Shown: positions 8,882-20,295 of the stretch, in pieces | How positions within the stretch are numbered: the first letter of the stretch is position 1 | How the letters are laid out: each line of letters opens with the position of its first letter | Assembly: GCA_031409655.1 (NCBI GenBank) | Contig: JANNXQ010000260.1 | Coordinates: forward strand, 1-33,471 | Origin: Chthoniobacteraceae bacterium | GTDB taxonomy: Bacteria; Verrucomicrobiota; Verrucomicrobiia; Chthoniobacterales; Chthoniobacteraceae | Direction: 5' to 3' | Length of the DNA: 33,471 nt | The notes under the pieces: generated by a model | Seen by the model: the letters and a program-made list of their open reading frames with translations, nothing else | Database searches by the model: none | What the model was told of the DNA's origin: nothing | Translations under genes and position numbers: made by a program

Positions 8882-11800
8882 CTACCCTTTGAGATGCGTG
8901 GCGAGGGCGCGCAGGGGGACGCTGATGAATTCCGACGGGCGCGCAAGTTCGTGCGCGACTTCGCGGAGGGCGCGATCGACGAGGAAGAGTTCCAGAAGCG
9001 CGGCGCGCTCGGCGGCATCGCGCGGGACGATCGCGGCCTCGCCGAGCGCCTCGAAATAGGCGCGCACGAAGACCTCCGTAACGTGTGCCACCCAGACGGA
9101 GGCCCACAGTCGCAGCGCGGCGCGATCGGTCTCCATCTCGCGATGGACCGCGGCCTCGGCGGCGAAATCGAAGGAGCGCAGGAGCGCGGCGACATCGACG
9201 AGTGGCGAACGCTTCAAGGACCGTTCTCCCAGCGGGCGGCTCGCGTCGCCCTCGAAGTCGATCACGACGAAAGCCTTTCCGGTATTCAGCAATTGCCCGA
9301 GGTGCAGGTCGCCATGCACGCGCATCCTCGCGCCGGCGAAGCGCTGCTGATGGAGGCGCGCGAAGATGGCGAGCATCCCGCGCCGGTTTTCCACGATCTG
9401 CCCGGCGAGTCCATGATCGTCCTCGGAGAGACTCCCGAGACGCTGCCGCAGCAGCCGCAGGACGCGGCCCGCCTGCCCGCGCATCGCCTGATAGAGCGAG
9501 CGCTGATAGTGAACGCTGAAGGGTTCGGGAACGAACGCCGGACCGGTCTCGTCGGCCAAGGCGAGATGCAACTCGGCGACCTGCGCGGCGAGCAGTCGCA
9601 CGCGCTCGGGATAGACGGCGCCGATGACCGTTGCCGCGTCCGCAGTGGCAGCGTCGAGGCGGGCTTCCTGCGCGCGATCGAAGAAGCGCGCGAGGGCGTC
9701 GAGCGTGAAAGTCCAGCCGTCGCCCTGATGCGCGACGTAGCCGGTGACCGCGCTGAGCACGGTGCTGCCTTCGCGGCTTGGGAGGGACAACGCGCTGAAG
9801 AGCGGTGGCACGGTGGCGAAGCCGCGACGTTGCAGTGCTTCGAGCACCGTGACCTCGGGATGCGAGCCGGGTTCGATCCGTCGATAGACCTTGAGCAGGA
9901 GCGCGTCGCCAAAGGCGATGTTGGTATTGGCGCAATCCTCGTCCAGCAGCTGGCTCGCGGAGATTGCGGAAGGTTCCACGGGCCATTCGGAAAAGGAGCG
10001 TGCGGTAAAAGTCCGTGCGTCAGGTGGCCGATGAAGTTGCAACAGGTGCTCGCGCATGGCGGGCAAATACAACGCGTCCGCGAGCACTTCATCCGCACCC
10101 AGCTGGGCAAGCACGGCCTTGGGATGCTCCGTCTGGAGTCGCGCCGCGGCTTCACCCGCCACGCGGGCCAGGGGCAGCGCGTAAGTATCGGGTTCGCCTT
10201 CGGTGAAGTGGACCTCGATGAGACAGAGCCACGCCGAGTCTGTGAGCTCGATGGTCCGACCCACGGCGTAGTCGCGCACGGTGCGTCCTCCCGGGCGGAA
10301 CCAAGCGCAGCGCCGGAGAAAGCACGGCAGCACTTGACTCGTAAGTGTCGCGACGAAGCGAGCCGACCAACCCGCAAAGGCCGGCAACTCCGGCACCACG
10401 GCACGATCCGTGGCAGCGGTGCTTTGTAGAGCCAGCCAGTAGAAACCATGCGGCCCCAGCGTGACGACCATCGGCACATCCGCCCGCAGCGCGGGGAAGC
10501 GCGTGCGACCGAACAACTCTTCCGGGGCGATGCCCGCGAAGGCACTCAGATCCAGTTCCACGACCTGCACGAAGCGCGAGAGATTCGCCACGACGAGGAT
10601 CGTCTCACCCTCCAGCCGCCGCAGATAAGCGAGCACCTTGGCATTCTCCGGCTGGAGAAACTCGATGCTCCCCCGCGCAAAAGCCGCGCTCCCGCGTCGC
10701 ACCGCGAGGATGCGCCGCATCCACCAAAAGAGCGACGACGCATTCCGCTTCTGATTCTCCGCATTCACGGTCTCGTAGTGATACTCCGGGTCGATGATCA
10801 GCGGCAGGAGCAGCCGTTGCGGATTCGCGGAGGAAAAGCCGGCGTTACGATCCGGGCTCCATTGCATTGGGGTGCGCACGCCGTTGCGGTCGCCGAGGAA
10901 GATATTGTCGCCCATGCCGAGTTCGTCCCCGTAGTAGAGAATCGGGGTGCCGGGCATGGAGAGGAGCAGCGAGTTCAACAGCTCGATCTTGCGCCGGTTG
11001 TTGCCCACGAGCGGCGCGAGGCGGCGGCGGATGCCGACATTGATCCGCGCGCGCGGATCGGCGGCATAGACGCGCACCATGTAGTCGCGCTCCTCGTCGG
11101 TCACCATCTCCAGCGTGAGCTCGTCGTGATTGCGCAGAAAGATCGCCCACTGGCAGCCATCGGGGATCGGGGGCGTCTGCTCGAGGATGTCGATGATCGG
11201 AAAACGGTCCTCCATTTGCAGCGCCATGAAGAGCCGTGGCATGAGCGGGAAGTGAAAGTTCATGTGGCACTCATCGCCCGTGCCGTAATACTCGGCGGCG
11301 TCTTCGGGCCATTGGTTCGCTTCGGCGAGGAGCATCCGATCGGGGAATTTTCCGTCGATGTGCGCGCGGAGTTTGCGGATGAAGGCGTGGGTCTCCGGCA
11401 GGTTCTCACCATTGGTGCCCTCGCGTTCATAGAGATAAGCCACCGCGTCGAGGCGCAGTCCATCCACCCCGCGCTCCATCCAGAAATCCACCGCGCGCAA
11501 CAGCTCCTCCTTCACCGGCGGATGATCGAAATTCAGATCCGGCTGATGCGCGAAGAAGCGGTGCCAGTAGTAGGCATTAGCCGTGGGATCCCACGTCCAG
11601 TTCGACGGCTCAAAGTCCGGGAAGATGAGCCGCACCTCGCGGTAGCGATCCGGCGTCTCGCTCCACACATAGTAGTCGCGCTCCGGCGAACCCGCCGGCG
11701 CCCTTCGCGCGCGCTGAAACCACGCGTGCTGATCGGAGGTGTGATTGAGCACGAGTTCCGTGATCACGCGCAGGCCGCGCGCGTGCGCCGCAGCCATGAA

Positions 11801-12052
11801 CGCCTCGAAATCCGCGAGCGTGCCGTAACTCGGATGCACCGCGAGATAGTCCGCGATGTCGTAGCCGTCGTCGCGCAGCGGCGACGGATAGAAAGGCATG
11901 ACCCAAAGCGCCGTAACGCCGAGTTCCACGAGGTAATCGAGCCGCTGCGTGAGCCCAATGAAATCCCCCACGCCATCCCCGTCGCTATCCTGGAAAGTTT
12001 TGACGTGGAGCTGATAGATGACGGCATCTTTGAACCAGAGGGGATCGGACAT
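8882..12052 (-). CDS. treS: Trehalose synthase fused to maltokinase (TreS-Mak/Pep2)
   Basis: DPLWFKDAVIY start, GLRLDAV, LAEANQWP, FLRNHDELTLEMV (GH13 TreS); C-terminal RVHGDLHLGQ and IDFEG kinase motifs. Confidence 0.95.
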   Translation of the reverse strand: MSDPLWFKDAVIYQLHVKTFQDSDGDGVGDFIGLTQRLDYLVELGVTALWVMPFYPSPLRDDGYDIADYLAVHPSYGTLADFEAFMAAAHARGLRVITELVLNHTSDQHAWFQRARRAPAGSPERDYYVWSETPDRYREVRLIFPDFEPSNWTWDPTANAYYWHRFFAHQPDLNFDHPPVKEELLRAVDFWMERGVDGLRLDAVAYLYEREGTNGENLPETHAFIRKLRAHIDGKFPDRMLLAEANQWPEDAAEYYGTGDECHMNFHFPLMPRLFMALQMEDRFPIIDILEQTPPIPDGCQWAIFLRNHDELTLEMVTDEERDYMVRVYAADPRARINVGIRRRLAPLVGNNRRKIELLNSLLLSMPGTPILYYGDELGMGDNIFLGDRNGVRTPMQWSPDRNAGFSSANPQRLLLPLIIDPEYHYETVNAENQKRNASSLFWWMRRILAVRRGSAAFARGSIEFLQPENAKVLAYLRRLEGETILVVANLSRFVQVVELDLSAFAGIAPEELFGRTRFPALRADVPMVVTLGPHGFYWLALQSTAATDRAVVPELPAFAGWSARFVATLTSQVLPCFLRRCAWFRPGGRTVRDYAVGRTIELTDSAWLCLIEVHFTEGEPDTYALPLARVAGEAAARLQTEHPKAVLAQLGADEVLADALYLPAMREHLLQLHRPPDARTFTARSFSEWPVEPSAISASQLLDEDCANTNIAFGDALLLKVYRRIEPGSHPEVTVLEALQRRGFATVPPLFSALSLPSREGSTVLSAVTGYVAHQGDGWTFTLDALARFFDRAQEARLDAATADAATVIGAVYPERVRLLAAQVAELHLALADETGPAFVPEPFSVHYQRSLYQAMRGQAGRVLRLLRQRLGSLSEDDHGLAGQIVENRRGMLAIFARLHQQRFAGARMRVHGDLHLGQLLNTGKAFVVIDFEGDASRPLGERSLKRSPLVDVAALLRSFDFAAEAAVHREMETDRAALRLWASVWVAHVTEVFVRAYFEALGEAAIVPRDAAERAALLELFLVDRALREVAHELARPSEFISVPLRALATHLKG

Positions 12053-12061
12053 CGCCGCGGA

Positions 12062-12086
12062 ATCGCACCGCGCGCCCGTGCTGCGC
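12062..12086 (-). promoter_or_regulatory. Island bipartite motif upstream of treS
   Basis: agcac-GCGCAG-N14-GCGAT, 9 nt before ATG 12052. Confidence 0.8.
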
Positions 12087-12103
12087 GTGCTGACTCGCGA
12101 TAC

Positions 12104-12128
12104 ACCCACCGATTCCGGCGCGTGCGTT
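12104..12128 (+). promoter_or_regulatory. Variant island motif upstream of the response regulator
   Basis: gatac-ACCCAC-N14-GCGTT, 17 nt before ATG 12146. Confidence 0.5.
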
Positions 12129-12145
12129 CCTGTAGTGTCGAGCCG

Positions 12146-12856
12146 ATGCATCCAGAAATCTCACCTCCCTTTCCAAGTCTCGTCGCAGGCGAAGCACGGA
12201 AGCGCGTGCTCATCGTGGATGACCATCCCGTCTTCCGCCGCGGCATCGGCGAGCTCATCCGCCGCCGGAGCAACATGGCGATCTGCGGCGAAGCGGAAAA
12301 CGCCCACGCCGCACTCGAGGCGACGCGCCGACTCGATCCCGACGTGGTGATGCTCGACGTTTCACTTCCCGGCGCCAATGGCATCGAGGTCATCAAGCTC
12401 CTGCTCGCCGAACGCCCGCGGCTGCGCATCCTCGTCGTCTCGATGCATGAGGAATCGCTCTACGCCCTGCGCGCCCTGCGCGCCGGAGCGAAAGGCTACG
12501 TCATGAAGAACCAAGCCGAGGAGCAACTGCTCGACGCCCTGCGCAAAGTCACGAGCGGCGGCCTCTACGTGAGCCCGGCCCTGGGGGAAAAGCTCGTCTT
12601 CAAAATCGTGCAAGGCAGCGCCGGCGACCTCGGCTCACCGGTGGACAAACTTTCCGATCGCGAACTCGAAGTCTTGCAACTCTTCGGTCACGGCAAGAGC
12701 ACGCGCGAAGTGGCGGAGGCCCTGCACCTGAGCGTAAAGACGATCGAAACCCATCGCGCGCACATCAAAGAAAAACTGGGATTCAAGGACGCCGCCGAGA
12801 TGGTGAAGTTTGCGATCGAGTGGGTGGCGGTGGAGGAAAGCAGCCAGCGACTTTAG
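12146..12856 (+). CDS. NarL/FixJ-family response regulator (REC + LuxR HTH)
   Basis: VLIVDDHP, VMLDVSLP, GYVMK, LSDRELEVL...LHLSVKTIETHR. Confidence 0.93.
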   Translation: MHPEISPPFPSLVAGEARKRVLIVDDHPVFRRGIGELIRRRSNMAICGEAENAHAALEATRRLDPDVVMLDVSLPGANGIEVIKLLLAERPRLRILVVSMHEESLYALRALRAGAKGYVMKNQAEEQLLDALRKVTSGGLYVSPALGEKLVFKIVQGSAGDLGSPVDKLSDRELEVLQLFGHGKSTREVAEALHLSVKTIETHRAHIKEKLGFKDAAEMVKFAIEWVAVEESSQRL

Positions 12857-12917
12857 CAACCAAACTTTTTCACACCGGCCTGATCCGCGCGCAGGCCGGA
12901 CCGCGGATTGCGCATAC

Positions 12918-12942
12918 GGCCGGAGCCCGGGGCGTCCGCGAT
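12918..12942 (+). promoter_or_regulatory. Island bipartite motif upstream of treY
   Basis: catac-GGCCGG-N14-GCGAT, 13 nt before ATG 12956. Confidence 0.7.
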
Positions 12943-12955
12943 TTCTTGGCGCGAC

Positions 12956-15721
12956 ATGAGCGCCATCCCGACCGCCACCTACCGGTTCCAGTTTCACCAA
13001 GGGTTCACTTTTGCGGATGCGCGGGCGCTGGTGCCTTATTTGCAGCGGCTCGGAATCAGCCATGTGTATGCTTCGCCGTTCTGGCGGGCGGCGCCGGGCA
13101 GCACGCATGGGTATGATGTCGTGGAGCACAACGCGCTGAATCCGGAAGTGGGGACGCGTGAGGACTTCGAGGCGTTCTCTGCGGAGCTGAAGACGCACGG
13201 GCTCGGGCTGATCGTGGACTTTGTGCCGAATCACATGGGCATTGAACGGGCGCTGAATCCGTGGTGGCGCGATGTCTTGGAGCATGGGCCGTCGTCGCCG
13301 TATGCGCAGTTCTTCGACATCGATTGGCAGCCAGTAAAGCGCGAACTCGAAAACAAGGTGCTGCTCCCGGTGCTCGGTGAACAATATGGGCGCGTGCTGG
13401 AGAGCGGCGAATTGCGCGTGGAGTTTGCGGATGGGGACTTTGGGCTGCGGTGTGGGGAGTTCACGCTGCCGGTGGCACCGCGGACGACGGTGCCGTTCGT
13501 GCAGCGGGCGGTGGAGCTGCTGGCGCCTGCTCCAGCGGAGTTGAAGAGCATCCTCACGGCGATCGAGCACCTGCCCTCGCGCACGGAGACGGTGCCGGAA
13601 CGGATCGCCGAGCGGGTGCGGGAAAGGCAGATCATCCGTGAAAGGCTCACGCGGCTTTGCGTCGAGGCGCCGTCCGTGACGGATGCGATCCAGCGCTCGC
13701 TGGACGAATGGCACGATCCGGCGGACGCGGCCCGCTTCGACCGACTCGATGCGCTGATCAGCGGGCAATCTTATCGGCTGAGTTCGTGGCGCGTGGCGGG
13801 AGAGGAGATCAACTACCGGCGCTTCTTCGATGTGAATACGCTCGCGGCGATCCGCATGGAATTGCCCGAAGTCTTCGAGGCGACCCATGGCCTGCTCTTT
13901 GCACTGCTCGACGCCGGCCATGTGGCCGGAGTGCGCATCGACCACATCGACGGCCTCGCATTCCCGCGGGACTACCTCGCACAGCTCCGCCAGCGCGGCG
14001 GCGATGGGTGGTATATCCTCGTGGAGAAGATCCTCGGCCCCGATGAAAAACTGCGCGCGGATTGGCCGGTGCAGGGGACGACGGGTTACGAGTTTGCCAA
14101 TCAACTCACGCAACTGCTCATCGCCGCGCCGGGCATCACGCAACTCGCGGCGACTTACGACAAGTTCCTCGGCTTCCATCTCGATTACCGCGAGGTCGTC
14201 TATCGCAGCAAACGCCTCGTGATGCAGACGGCGATGGCGAGCGAGGTCAACGCGCTTGGCCATCGGCTCAATCGCGTGTCCGAGAGCCATCGCTGGTCTC
14301 GCGACTTTACGCTGAACTCGCTGACCGCTGCGGTGCGCGAAGTCATCGCGTGCTTTCCGGTCTATCGTAGTTACCTCGATCCGACGCAGTCCGCGGACGA
14401 GTCGGATGTGCGGCTCATGAGCCGGGCCATCTCGCTGGCCCGGAAGCGGAATCGTTCGATGGAGCGCACAGTCTTTGAGTTTCTGCGCGACGTGCTTCTT
14501 CCGCCCGCTGACAATCAGCATCCCGTCGATGAGGGATTGCGCCGCACCTTCGTGCTGAAGTTCCAGCAATGCACCGGGCCGATCACGGCCAAGGGCGTCG
14601 AGGACACCGCTTTCTATGTTTTCAATCGTCTCGTCGCCTTGAATGAAGTCGGCGGCGAACCGCACGCCAGTGGCGCGACGAGCGAAATTTTCCACCAGCA
14701 GAATACGGCGCGGCTCGCGGAGACGCCGCACAGTTTGCTCGCCACTTCCACTCACGACACGAAGCGCAGCGAAGATGTGCGCGCACGGCTCGCCGCGCTC
14801 TCCGAGCTGCCCGATGCATGGAGCCGTGCGGTGCGGCGCTGGCACACCATGAATCGCAAGCACCGCCGTGAAATCGACGGCGACCTCGCGCCGGACGCGA
14901 ACGAAGAATATCTCCTCTACCAGACGCTGCTCGGTGCGTGGCCGCTCGAAGGTCTCACCGGCAACAACCGCGAAGAATTCATCGCCCGCATCCAGGACTA
15001 CATGGTGAAGGCGTTGCGCGAGGCGAAGGTGAACAGCAGTTGGATGGAGCCGAATGCCGATTGGGAGGATGCGGTGCGTGCCTTTGTCGCCACGATCCTC
15101 ACTCCCGGCGCGCGCAATCGTTTCCCCGCCAGCCTCGCACCCATCGCCGAGCGCACCGCGCAACTCGGGATGGTGAACTCGCTCACGCAAACGGTGCTCA
15201 AGCTCACCTGCCCCGGCGTCCCGGACTTCTATCAAGGAAGCGAGCTGTGGGATTTTTCCCTGGTCGATCCCGACAACCGCCGGCCGGTGAACTACAAACT
15301 GCGCCAGGAACAACTCGCGGAAGTGCAGCGCGCGGCGGCGGGAGCGTTACTGACGACGTGGAGGGATGGGCGGATCAAGATGTTCGTCACGCATCGGCTG
15401 CTTGCACTGCGGCGGCAGCAGGCGGCGCTCTTTGCGAGCGGCAGCTACACGCCGGTCGCGGTGAGGGGCGCGCACGCGGAGCGTGTCGTTGCGTTTGAGC
15501 GCACCCATGGGGCTTCGTCGCTGCTGGTGATCGTCCCGCGGCACACGGCGGCGCTCGGTTACCCGCCAGTGGGAGAGGTGTGGGAGGACACGCACGTCGC
15601 GGCGACCGAGCCGGAGCGGCGCTATCGGGGAGTCTTCACCGGATGCGAGCATGGGGGTGCGCCGCTGGCGCTCGCGGAGGCCCTCGGGGAGCTGCCAGTG
15701 GCGGTGCTCACGTCGGTGTAG
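12956..15721 (+). CDS. treY: Malto-oligosyltrehalose synthase
   Basis: PTATYRFQF, GSTHGYDVV, DFVPNHM, INYRRFFDVN, RIDHIDG, TSTHDTKRSED, SLVDPDNRRPV. Confidence 0.96.
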   Translation: MSAIPTATYRFQFHQGFTFADARALVPYLQRLGISHVYASPFWRAAPGSTHGYDVVEHNALNPEVGTREDFEAFSAELKTHGLGLIVDFVPNHMGIERALNPWWRDVLEHGPSSPYAQFFDIDWQPVKRELENKVLLPVLGEQYGRVLESGELRVEFADGDFGLRCGEFTLPVAPRTTVPFVQRAVELLAPAPAELKSILTAIEHLPSRTETVPERIAERVRERQIIRERLTRLCVEAPSVTDAIQRSLDEWHDPADAARFDRLDALISGQSYRLSSWRVAGEEINYRRFFDVNTLAAIRMELPEVFEATHGLLFALLDAGHVAGVRIDHIDGLAFPRDYLAQLRQRGGDGWYILVEKILGPDEKLRADWPVQGTTGYEFANQLTQLLIAAPGITQLAATYDKFLGFHLDYREVVYRSKRLVMQTAMASEVNALGHRLNRVSESHRWSRDFTLNSLTAAVREVIACFPVYRSYLDPTQSADESDVRLMSRAISLARKRNRSMERTVFEFLRDVLLPPADNQHPVDEGLRRTFVLKFQQCTGPITAKGVEDTAFYVFNRLVALNEVGGEPHASGATSEIFHQQNTARLAETPHSLLATSTHDTKRSEDVRARLAALSELPDAWSRAVRRWHTMNRKHRREIDGDLAPDANEEYLLYQTLLGAWPLEGLTGNNREEFIARIQDYMVKALREAKVNSSWMEPNADWEDAVRAFVATILTPGARNRFPASLAPIAERTAQLGMVNSLTQTVLKLTCPGVPDFYQGSELWDFSLVDPDNRRPVNYKLRQEQLAEVQRAAAGALLTTWRDGRIKMFVTHRLLALRRQQAALFASGSYTPVAVRGAHAERVVAFERTHGASSLLVIVPRHTAALGYPPVGEVWEDTHVAATEPERRYRGVFTGCEHGGAPLALAEALGELPVAVLTSV

Positions 15722-15777
15722 AGGCAGCACGCCCGGCTCGATCGCCGGAAAGAGCCGCCGCTCATCCGTTCCGATGC

Positions 15778-15802
15778 GTCCAGCGGAGCCGGATGCCGCG
15801 AT
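15778..15802 (+). promoter_or_regulatory. Island bipartite motif upstream of the GSP26-like gene
   Basis: gatgc-GTCCAG-N14-GCGAT, 10 nt before ATG 15813. Confidence 0.7.
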
Positions 15803-15812
15803 GGAAGCGGTC

Positions 15813-16322
15813 ATGGACACCACACCCTCGCCTGTCGAAGCGCGGCAACATTTCCGCGACCTGCTCAAAAAATTCCACACCGCCATGCTTGTCACGCACG
15901 GCAAGGATGGGCGGCTCCGCGCCCGGCCGATGGCTGTCGCCCGCGTCGATGAAGATGGCGGCCTCTGGTTTTTCAGTGACACCGACTCCGCGAAGATCCA
16001 CGAGATCGAAGCGGACACTGCGGTGCATATCGTCTGTCAGGACGATCGCAGCGCGTATCTCTCGATGAGTGGCCGTGCGCAGCTCCGCGATGATTTCCAT
16101 CTCATCGCGCAACTCTGGCAGGAACCCTTTCGCGTGTGGTTCCCCGGCGGTGCGGACGATCCGAACATCAAATTGATCCGAGTGCATCCCGCGCAAGGCG
16201 AATACTGGGACACCACGGGCTTCCAGAAGATCAAGTATCTCTTCGAGGCCGCGAAGGCTTACGCCACGGGCGAGACGCCCAAGGTCGCGGAAGGCGAGCA
16301 ACACGGGCGCGTGGTGTGGTAG
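15813..16322 (+). CDS. Pyridoxamine 5'-phosphate oxidase-like FMN-binding protein (general stress protein 26 type)
   Basis: AMLVT...LRARPM...LWFF...SAKIHEI...WFPGGADDPNI...GEYWD. Confidence 0.85.
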   Translation: MDTTPSPVEARQHFRDLLKKFHTAMLVTHGKDGRLRARPMAVARVDEDGGLWFFSDTDSAKIHEIEADTAVHIVCQDDRSAYLSMSGRAQLRDDFHLIAQLWQEPFRVWFPGGADDPNIKLIRVHPAQGEYWDTTGFQKIKYLFEAAKAYATGETPKVAEGEQHGRVVW

Positions 16323-16378
16323 TGGCGCGCCGGGTCGTACACTTGATTCCAGAGTTTCTGACGAGCGAAAATTAACCC

Positions 16379-16403
16379 GGCCACTCACCGAACGAGGCGC
16401 GAA
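16379..16403 (+). promoter_or_regulatory. Variant island motif upstream of paoA
   Basis: cc-GGCCAC-N14-GCGAA, 35 nt before ATG 16439. Confidence 0.45.
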
Positions 16404-16438
16404 GTCACGTCCACAGTCCGCAGAAAACCTTCCTGAAA

Positions 16439-17143
16439 ATGAGCCACGATGCCAATCCCGACCCACTCGACGAAGCGCCGGATGTCATGCTTACCTTTGG
16501 CGATCCCGCGACCCGGCGCCTCTTTCTCAAGCAAGTCGCTGGGACTGGCGCGGCGGTGGCGCTGGGGCCGCACCTTATGAATGCCCAGAGCAGCGCGGCG
16601 ACGCCGCCGGGCGCCGATGCCGCGAGCGTGGAGGTGGTCGAAGTCCGGCTGGTCATCAATGGTCGCGCAACCAAGCTGAGCCTTGATCCGCGGGTCACGC
16701 TGCTCGATGCGTTGCGCGAGCATCTTCAACTCACCGGCAGCAAGAAGGGTTGCGATCACGGGCAGTGCGGCGCCTGCACGGTGTTGGTCGAGGGACGGCG
16801 GATCAATTCGTGCCTCAGCCTCGCGGTGATGCACGAGGGGGACAAGATCACCACGATCGAAGGCTTGGGCGGGCTGGCGAAGCTGCATCCGATGCAGGCC
16901 GCCTTCATCAAGCATGATGGCTTTCAATGCGGCTACTGCACGCCGGGTCAGATTTGTTCGGCGGTGGGGATGCTGGGTGAAATCAAAGCCGGCATTCCCA
17001 GCCATGTGAGCGCCAATCTCCTGGGCAAGATGTCGGCAAGTGAGGAGGAGATTCGCGAGCGCATGAGCGGCAATCTTTGTCGCTGCGCGGCTTATCCAAA
17101 CATCGTCGAGGCGGTGCTCGAGGTCGCGGGAGGACAAGGATGA
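16439..17143 (+). CDS. paoA: Aldehyde oxidoreductase 2Fe-2S subunit with Tat signal
   Basis: TRRLFLK twin-arginine motif; [24 protein letters not shown]. Confidence 0.92.
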   Translation: MSHDANPDPLDEAPDVMLTFGDPATRRLFLKQVAGTGAAVALGPHLMNAQSSAATPPGADAASVEVVEVRLVINGRATKLSLDPRVTLLDALREHLQLTGSKKGCDHGQCGACTVLVEGRRINSCLSLAVMHEGDKITTIEGLGGLAKLHPMQAAFIKHDGFQCGYCTPGQICSAVGMLGEIKAGIPSHVSANLLGKMSASEEEIRERMSGNLCRCAAYPNIVEAVLEVAGGQG

Positions 17144-18090
17144 AAGCCTTTACCTACGAGCGGGCGGACAGTCCGGCAGCAGCGACCAAGGCGCTGGCCG
17201 CGAAGCCCGAGGCGAAGTTCATCGCGGGCGGCACGAACCTACTCGACCTGATGAAGCTGCAGATCGAAACCCCCGCGCATCTCATCGACGTAAATCGTCT
17301 TGGCCTCGACAAAATCGAAGCCCTGCCCGAGGGCGGTCTGCGCATCGGCGCACTCGTGCGCAATACCGATCTCGCTGCCGACCCGCGCATTCGCCGCGAC
17401 TACGCCGTGCTCTCGCGGGCGCTGCTCTCCGGGGCTTCCCCGCAACTGCGCAACAAGGCGACGACCGCGGGCAATCTCCTCCAGCGCACCCGCTGCCCGT
17501 ATTTCTACGACACTACGAAGCCCTGCAACAAACGCGCGCCCGGCACAGGCTGCGCGGCGATCGGCGGCTTCACGCGCAATCTCGCCATCATGGGCACGAG
17601 CGAGGCGTGCATCGCCACGCATCCCTCCGACATGGCCGTGGCCATGCGGGTGCTTGATGCGGTGGTGGAAACGATCGCGTCCGACGGCGCCACGCGCGCC
17701 ATCCCGCTCGCGGAGTTTCATCGACTGCCGGGCAACACGCCGCACGTCGAGACGACGCTGCGCCCTGGCGAGATGATCACCGCCGTCACGCTGCCGCCGC
17801 CGCTCGGTGGCCTGCACATCTATCGCAAAGTCCGCGACCGCACTTCCTATGCCTTCGCCACTTTGTCAGTCGCCGCGGTCATGCTGCCCGGTGGCAAAAA
17901 CCGGTTCGCGTTCGGCGGGCTCGCGCACAAACCGTGGCGGGTCGAGGACGCGGAGAAAATGGACACCCCCGCCGCGGTCGCCGAAGCCGTGCTCGCAGGT
18001 GCGCGCACCACGCCGCAGAACGCCTTCAAGGTGCCGCTCGTCGGGCGGGTGCTCGCCTCCATCTTTGCCCAAGCCAAAGCCTCCGCATGA
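17140..18090 (+). CDS. paoB: Aldehyde oxidoreductase FAD-binding subunit
   Basis: [34 protein letters not shown] Cys cluster, [15 protein letters not shown] overlap with paoA. Confidence 0.92.
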   Translation: MKAFTYERADSPAAATKALAAKPEAKFIAGGTNLLDLMKLQIETPAHLIDVNRLGLDKIEALPEGGLRIGALVRNTDLAADPRIRRDYAVLSRALLSGASPQLRNKATTAGNLLQRTRCPYFYDTTKPCNKRAPGTGCAAIGGFTRNLAIMGTSEACIATHPSDMAVAMRVLDAVVETIASDGATRAIPLAEFHRLPGNTPHVETTLRPGEMITAVTLPPPLGGLHIYRKVRDRTSYAFATLSVAAVMLPGGKNRFAFGGLAHKPWRVEDAEKMDTPAAVAEAVLAGARTTPQNAFKVPLVGRVLASIFAQAKASA

Positions 18091-20294
18091 AATTCGACAC
18101 GCCCGCCACTACCAATCCGATCGACCGCGCGCGGATCATCGGTCGCCCGACGGATCGCATCGACGGTCCGGCCAAAGTAACCGGCACGGCGCCCTACGCA
18201 TTTGAGCGCAACGATGTCGCGCCGAGGGCCGCTTACGGCTGGATCGTCGGGGCCGCCATCGCCACCGGGCGCATCGTGCGCATCGACACGAAGGCCGCCG
18301 AAGCCGCGCGCGGCGTGCTTGCCGTCGTCACTCATGAGAACGCGGGCAAGCTCGGCAAAGCGAAAGCGCACACCGCCCGAATGCTCGCCGGCCCGGAGGT
18401 GCAGCATTACGACCAGGCGGTCGCACTGGTGGTGGCGGAGACTTTCGAGCAGGCGCGTGCAGCGGCGAAATTGGTGCGCGTCGAATACGCGCCGGGGAAG
18501 GGTCGGTTCGATCTCGCGGCGGAGAGGGATAGCGCGATCAAGAAAGACAGCGAGGCTGGCCCAGCGGACACGGCGGCGGGCGACTTCGACGGGGCGTTCG
18601 CGCGCGCGGCCGTGACGGTCGATGCGACCTACACGACGCCCGACCAAAGCCACGCGATGATGGAGCCGCACGCAACCATCGCCGACTGGAAAGGCGACCA
18701 GCTCACGCTCTGGACTTCCAATCAAATGATCGCCTGGGCCGTGCGCGATACCGCGGAGACGCTGCTCATCTCGCCGGAAAACATCCACGTCAGCTCGCCC
18801 TACATCGGCGGCGGTTTCGGCTCGAAGCTGTGGGTGCGCGCTGATGTGATCATGGCCGCGCTCGGCGCGCGTGCGGCAAAACGTCCGGTCAAAGTCGCGT
18901 TGGCCCGCCCGCAGATCGCGAACATGACGACGCACCGCCCCGCGACGATTCAACGCGTGCGCCTCGGCGCCGGCAAAGACGGGCGCATCGACGCCATCGC
19001 GCATGAATCGTGGTCCGGCGATCTGCCCGACGGACAGATTGAAACGGCGGCTCTACAAACCCGCCTGCTCTACCGTGGCGCGAATCGGATGACCGCGCAT
19101 CGCCTGGCGACGCTCCACCTCGGCGAAGGCAACGCGATGCGTGCGCCGGGCGAGGCCGTCGGGCACCTCGCACTCGAAGTCGCGATGGATGAGCTGGCCG
19201 AGAAGCTCGGCATGGATCCGGTGCAACTCCGCATCCTCAACGACATCCAGCACGATCCCGAGGTCGGCTCGGCCCGCCCCTTTTCCAGCCGCAAACTGGT
19301 CGAGTGCCTGACCGTCGGCGCAGAGCGTTTCGGCTGGGCGAAGCGCAATCCGAAGCCCGGCCAAGTGCGCGAGCGCGGCTGGCTGATCGGCATGGGCGTG
19401 GCGTCCGCTTTCCGCAATAGCCCGACGATGGATTCCGCCGCCCGCGTCGGCGTCGATGCGAAAGGTTTGATCACCGTCGAGACGGACATGACCGACATCG
19501 GCACCGGCAGCTACACCATCATCGCGCAGACTGCGGCGGAGGTGATGGGCGTGCCGCTGGAGCGCGTCACCGTGAAGCTGGGCGACAGCAAGGCGCCGGT
19601 TTCATCCGGCTCAGGCGGGCAATGGGGCGCGAATAGTTCGACCTCCGGCGTCTATGCCGCGTGCATGAAACTGCGCGGCGAGCTGGCGAAAAAAGCGGGG
19701 CTCAACGCGGACGAAGCCATCTTCGAGGACGGCCAGATTCGCGCTGGCGGTCGCAGCGTTCCGCTCGGTCAGGCAGCGGGACCGGACGGCCTCACGGTCG
19801 AGGACAAGATCGAGTTCGGCGACCTTCAGAAGAAGTTCGTCCAGGGTTCGTTCGGCGCGCATTTCGTCGAAGTCGGCGTAGATGCCGCGACCGGCGAGAC
19901 CCGCGTCCGTCGCATGAGCGGAGTTTTCGCCGCCGGCCGCATCCTCAATCCCAAATCCGCACGCAGCCAGGTCATCGGCGCGATGACCATGGGCATCGGT
20001 GCCGCGCTCATCGAGGAACTCGTGGTGGACCTACGCCACGGATATTTCGTGAACCACGACCTCGCCGAATACCACATCCCCGTCCACGCCGACATCCCGC
20101 ACCAGGACGTGCATTTCCTCGAGGAGCTCGACGACAAATCCTCGCCCATGAAGGCCAAGGGCGTTGGCGAACTCGGCATCTGCGGCGCAGGTGCCGCCGT
20201 CGCCAACGCCATCTACAACGCGACTGGCCTTCGGCTGCGCGAGTATCCGCTGACGCTGGACAAGGTGCTCCCGGGTCTGCCGCCCCTTGCCTGA
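18087..20294 (+). CDS. paoC: Aldehyde oxidoreductase molybdenum-binding subunit
   Basis: [13 protein letters not shown] start, [28 protein letters not shown]. Confidence 0.93.
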   Translation: MKFDTPATTNPIDRARIIGRPTDRIDGPAKVTGTAPYAFERNDVAPRAAYGWIVGAAIATGRIVRIDTKAAEAARGVLAVVTHENAGKLGKAKAHTARMLAGPEVQHYDQAVALVVAETFEQARAAAKLVRVEYAPGKGRFDLAAERDSAIKKDSEAGPADTAAGDFDGAFARAAVTVDATYTTPDQSHAMMEPHATIADWKGDQLTLWTSNQMIAWAVRDTAETLLISPENIHVSSPYIGGGFGSKLWVRADVIMAALGARAAKRPVKVALARPQIANMTTHRPATIQRVRLGAGKDGRIDAIAHESWSGDLPDGQIETAALQTRLLYRGANRMTAHRLATLHLGEGNAMRAPGEAVGHLALEVAMDELAEKLGMDPVQLRILNDIQHDPEVGSARPFSSRKLVECLTVGAERFGWAKRNPKPGQVRERGWLIGMGVASAFRNSPTMDSAARVGVDAKGLITVETDMTDIGTGSYTIIAQTAAEVMGVPLERVTVKLGDSKAPVSSGSGGQWGANSSTSGVYAACMKLRGELAKKAGLNADEAIFEDGQIRAGGRSVPLGQAAGPDGLTVEDKIEFGDLQKKFVQGSFGAHFVEVGVDAATGETRVRRMSGVFAAGRILNPKSARSQVIGAMTMGIGAALIEELVVDLRHGYFVNHDLAEYHIPVHADIPHQDVHFLEELDDKSSPMKAKGVGELGICGAGAAVANAIYNATGLRLREYPLTLDKVLPGLPPLA

Positions 20295-20295
20295 G

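Noticed and set aside
10448..12145. Apparent 802-aa response regulator with long N-terminal extension
   Set aside because: The extension is the antisense of treS; the real gene starts near 12146
12875..12899. 8-bp hairpin ccggcctg/caggccgg after the response regulator
   Set aside because: No downstream U-tract on either strand, so not called as a terminator
12635..15313. 892-aa minus-strand ORF, and similar long antisense ORFs (855..2225, 3652..4968, 8876..10429, 23988..25676)
   Set aside because: They are antisense shadows of well-supported genes in GC-rich DNA and show no recognisable motifs
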